Assembly (NCBI GenBank): GCA_051010975.1
Contig: JBPCUV010000357.1
Location: 1 to 37,411, forward strand
Direction: 5' to 3'
Length of the DNA stretch: 37,411 nt
Source of the DNA: Desulfocapsaceae bacterium
GTDB lineage: Bacteria; Desulfobacterota; Desulfobulbia; Desulfobulbales; Desulfocapsaceae
This document shows positions 35,401-37,411 of the stretch, piece by piece; the first letter of the stretch is position 1; each line of letters opens with the position of its first letter. A program made the translations under genes and the position numbers. The notes below the pieces were generated by a model. The model had not been told where the DNA came from and ran no database searches. It saw only the letters and a program-made list of their open reading frames with translations.

Positions 35401-36817
35401 CTTCAATATCCTCTACCTTGTCATTGGCTACGAAGACTGCTTTCATGTCCTGGCCGCCAATGTCGAGAATGAACGAAACATCAGGTTCAAATTCTCTTGC
35501 AGCACGATAGTGAGCAAGTGTTTCTACGATCCCGACATCGAATGCGAATGCAGACTTTACCAGATCTTCGCCATAGCCGGTAACTGCCGCTCCGTTTATG
35601 GTAAACTTCTGAGCCATAGGCTGAAACGCTTCTTCCAGTTTCTGCAGCCCGATGCGGACCTTGGCCAGGGGATCTCCGCGATTGCCTGAGTAATATTTAA
35701 ACACTATTTGACCCTGCCCATCGATGGCCACCAATTTGGTAGTAGTGGAGCCGGCATCTATGCCGAGATAGACACTGCTGGTTGCCGCTTGGGAGAGTGG
35801 AACTGATGCTACCTTTGATGATGACTTGTGGTCAAACCATGACAGAAACTCGGTGCGATTCGAGAAAAGTGGCGGATGGTATTCGGATCTGTGAGACTTG
35901 CCAATCTTATTATTTAGATTATCAATGAGTTCTTCTAGGGTGAAGCTATCATCTGTTTGATGATCAATGCTCAGCGCCGCTCCGTAGGCAGCATAAAGTA
36001 ACGACTCGGAAGGAATGACAACGGCTTCTTCAGTGAGATTCAAAACATCGAGAAGGGCATCACGCAGAGTTTCGAAAAAGTAGAGTGGTCCGCCGGTAAA
36101 CATAACCGGTCCTTCTATTCTTCGGCCTCTGGCCAAAGAGGTAACCACCTGGCAGGCCACCGCCTTGAATACAGATCTTGCGATATCGCTCTTTTCGGCT
36201 CCGGTATTGATCAAATTCTGGACATCGGTTTTGGCGAAAACGCCGCATCTGGAGGCAATGACGTGCTCATATTTACTTTTGTGGGCTGTTTCGTCCAGCA
36301 TGTCCAAGGGAACATCGAGCAATGACGACATCTGATCGATAAATGCACCGGTTCCGCCGGCGCAATTGCCATTCATCCTCATGTCCGGCCTTAAACAATG
36401 GTCGAAGAAAATCATTTTACAGTCTTCACCGCCGATATCGATCAGCATCCGACAATCCGGTCGACACTTCCGGACGGCTTCTGACTGGGCTACGACTTCC
36501 TGGATGAATCCAATTCCCGTTTGTTCAGCCAGCCCCATTCCGGCCGAACCGGTGAATATCGGATATAGTTCAATAATTCCGGCTGCCTTTTGAAGATCAA
36601 CAAGCATGGAGAGCAGGGTGGTGAGTACTTCTGCCTGATGTCGAAGATAGCGCTGAAAAATGATGGTGCCCGAGGGGTCGATCAGCACCAGTTTGGCCGT
36701 AGTAGACCCTAGGTCCATGCCGAGATGACAACCATGGAGGGGGCGGGAGGACAGATCTGTGGTGTGGTCTTGCAGATACATGATTGATCCAGAGTCCTTG
36801 ACAGTTTTGGTGTCCAC
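32474..36817 (-). CDS. Giant fusion protein: two tandem HgdC/BcrAD-BadFG-type ATPase (activase) domains plus two C-terminal DUF2229-like 2-hydroxyacyl-CoA-dehydratase-related domains
   Basis: Domain 1 has GMDLGSTTAKLVLID, DIGGEDCK, NGNCAGGTGAFID and ASRCGVFAKTDV. Domain 2 has LGIDAGSTTTKLVAID, DIGGQDMK, NESCSSGCGSFIE and GSRCTVFMNSCV. A Cys-rich linker CQGCTNHC...NRCE follows, then about 800 aa of dehydratase-related sequence. The start is uncertain: GTG 36817 or ATG 36781. Confidence 0.85.
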   Translation of the reverse strand: MDTKTVKDSGSIMYLQDHTTDLSSRPLHGCHLGMDLGSTTAKLVLIDPSGTIIFQRYLRHQAEVLTTLLSMLVDLQKAAGIIELYPIFTGSAGMGLAEQTGIGFIQEVVAQSEAVRKCRPDCRMLIDIGGEDCKMIFFDHCLRPDMRMNGNCAGGTGAFIDQMSSLLDVPLDMLDETAHKSKYEHVIASRCGVFAKTDVQNLINTGAEKSDIARSVFKAVACQVVTSLARGRRIEGPVMFTGGPLYFFETLRDALLDVLNLTEEAVVIPSESLLYAAYGAALSIDHQTDDSFTLEELIDNLNNKIGKSHRSEYHPPLFSNRTEFLSWFDHKSSSKVASVPLSQAATSSVYLGIDAGSTTTKLVAIDGQGQIVFKYYSGNRGDPLAKVRIGLQKLEEAFQPMAQKFTINGAAVTGYGEDLVKSAFAFDVGIVETLAHYRAAREFEPDVSFILDIGGQDMKAVFVANDKVEDIEVNESCSSGCGSFIETFGDALGHSPEEFGELACFAKHPVDLGSRCTVFMNSCVKQALRQGNDVSDVAAGLSYSVIQNCLNKVLRISDVSALGPKVVVQGGTFKNPAVLRAFEKLLGIEVIRPDIAEYMGAYGAALIARERRKLSSTSMEAVPSELLSKCISNKTTQTKCQGCTNHCLIQSVHFSNARKFHTGNRCERIFSNRNRSSHPGRNLVAEKLSLLESFPDSESAEPILSIGLPMVLNNWENYPFWATLFSGVGFRLIRSRVSESKILKESAFTVMSDNICYPAKLAHAHIFDLIKRGVDRIFYPRVTYEQSQFADSANQYNCPIVTGYPDVIDCAIDPSGQGVQMDSPLINFLEVGQLRKGCIDYLRSFGIEKSIFDLAFGQALEVQQDFRKTIRDKGEEVIASARAAGQQLIVLGGRPYHVDPMINHNIAEMIAAMGLHVLTEDSLPLDTIQTSENLQVVDQWEYSNRLYRAAQWTGVEPLAEFIQLNSFGCGPDAVIIDEIKAILSTYSKTPVVLKIDEITSIGSARLRVRSLVESKTAPATETKKTVRKVLPLYKDEDRNRTILFPDFSPVYSLFAQSSLVPLGYQVEILPPPDKESIRFGLKYTNNDICYPAIITVGDIIKAMKSGLYDRDKVAASFTETGGQCRATNYHSLIKKGLINAGFGDIPVITASFKKFRSNDQPGFRVNRLQLISLVLSSLLVADQLVRMYHATAVRERKSGEALAVLKRHIDIARQNVGSWTLRQRQKLLGDAIEEFNSIATYVHDYPRAGLVGEIYVKYNPFSNSNIVERLMRRGIEVVVPPLLTFFTQTFVNISFNHSNNIEKSKYVERKTQNLLHRIVISRVREVNGLMSQFRHSLDPISVPDALGNQASRVVSLVNQAGEGWLLPGEVISMAESGIRNIISLQPFGCIANHVVSKGIGSKLSRLFPDLNFLNLDMDAGNSDVNLQNRLDFFIHSAKAQDHSRMLH

Positions 36818-37066
36818 CTTTCAACTAAAGATGGGTCCAGCAAGCAACCAGGTATCCTTTATCGATTATACCAAAAAAATTTACTTAATTTATGATAAAA
36901 AGCAACCCGCTTTGGAAGGTCACAAAAAACATTAAAGGCTAAAATACAAATAGTTGTATAAGCGTAGATTATGGGAGATATTGAAAATGGTTGCCAAACA
37001 AACAGTATCAGTATCGTTTCTGGGTGTCTACAACTCTTAGGATTCTTAATAATTTTGGCGAATTAG

Positions 37067-37097
37067 CTGCATTGTACAGAATTATCTGCATTGTACA
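37067..37097 (+). repeat. Two direct copies of CTGCATTGTACA, 19 bp apart start to start, in the intergenic region upstream of thyA
   Basis: Exact 12-mers at 37067-37078 and 37086-37097. Each contains the palindrome TGTACA. The first copy overlaps a sigma-54-like TGGCGA-N5-CTGCA element (37056-37071). A TTGACA hexamer lies at 37107-37112. Confidence 0.6.
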
Positions 37098-37269
37098 TAA
37101 TGGTGCTTGACATTCTTTGAGCTGACATAAATTTGTCTAAGACAACTCTATGGTGAAGATTCATTTATCTCCCAGTACTTTTTAGTCCAAGAATTGGCGG
37201 CTAAATTTGAACGGCCGGCAAGTCTGCAGCCGCGTTAACAATAAGGTCATTGATTGAGTAGAGGATGCT

Positions 37270-37411
37270 ATGAAACAATATTTGGAATTATGCAGAAGGG
37301 TAATTGAAGACGGTGTCTGGGTTGAGAATGATCGAACTGGAAAACGTTGCCTCACTGTTATTAACGCAGAACTCGAATATGATGTCAGCGATCGAACCCT
37401 GCCGGTACTGA
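37270..37411 (+). CDS. thyA: Thymidylate synthase, N-terminal 47 codons only; the gene runs off the right edge
   Basis: [47 protein letters not shown] matches the ThyA N-terminus (MKQYL...DRTG...). SD-like AGAGGA lies upstream. It is not in the ORF track because it is open-ended. Confidence 0.85.
   Translation, partial: MKQYLELCRRVIEDGVWVENDRTGKRCLTVINAELEYDVSDRTLPVL

Noticed and set aside
1-37411. A window-wide look for CRISPR repeats, IS elements with terminal inverted repeats, integrases, toxin-antitoxin pairs or defence-island genes
   Set aside because: I found nothing. There are no regularly spaced direct repeats and no transposase, recombinase or nuclease-type ORFs. The only repeats seen are short regulatory-scale palindromes and the duplicated 12-mer at 37067-37097.

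Overview
This 37.4-kb segment looks chromosomal. It carries about 32 protein-coding genes on both strands. I found no rRNA, tRNA, CRISPR array, transposase, integrase or phage gene.

Gene order:
- A partial outer-membrane beta-barrel gene and an unlisted 54-aa ORF.
- An orphan CbbQ/NorQ AAA+ and CbbO/NorD VWA pair.
- A LysE exporter.
- A periplasmic LTXXQ-like coiled-coil protein, a lipid-kinase-like/DUF389 fusion and an orphan solute-binding lipoprotein.
- An ABM-fold protein.
- A glutamate-receptor-like channel (binding domain split by a pore module) followed by an ACT protein.
- An SLT-domain transglycosylase.
- A TetR-controlled MMPL/RND, LolA-like and DUF1302-like export cluster.
- panB.
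- A GntR-controlled TctCBA, xylose-isomerase-like and DUF1537-kinase cluster, with a divergent D-lyxose-isomerase-type cupin.
- An operon of a PNPOx-like protein, a flavoprotein and thiD.
- A rhodanese gene, lhgO, a 1447-aa fused double HgdC-type activase protein, and the start of thyA.

The most notable observation is the rhodanese gene at 30653-30976. The ORF track truncates it at 63 aa. In the same frame it reads through two TGA codons (FY-U-A-U-PGGGS) and gives a complete 107-aa rhodanese. A SECIS-like hairpin lies just downstream, so it is a candidate double-selenocysteine enzyme.

The gene content and mid-range GC suggest an anaerobic Desulfobacterota-like genome, but that is inference only. 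All family assignments come from motifs I recognised by eye. No searches were run.
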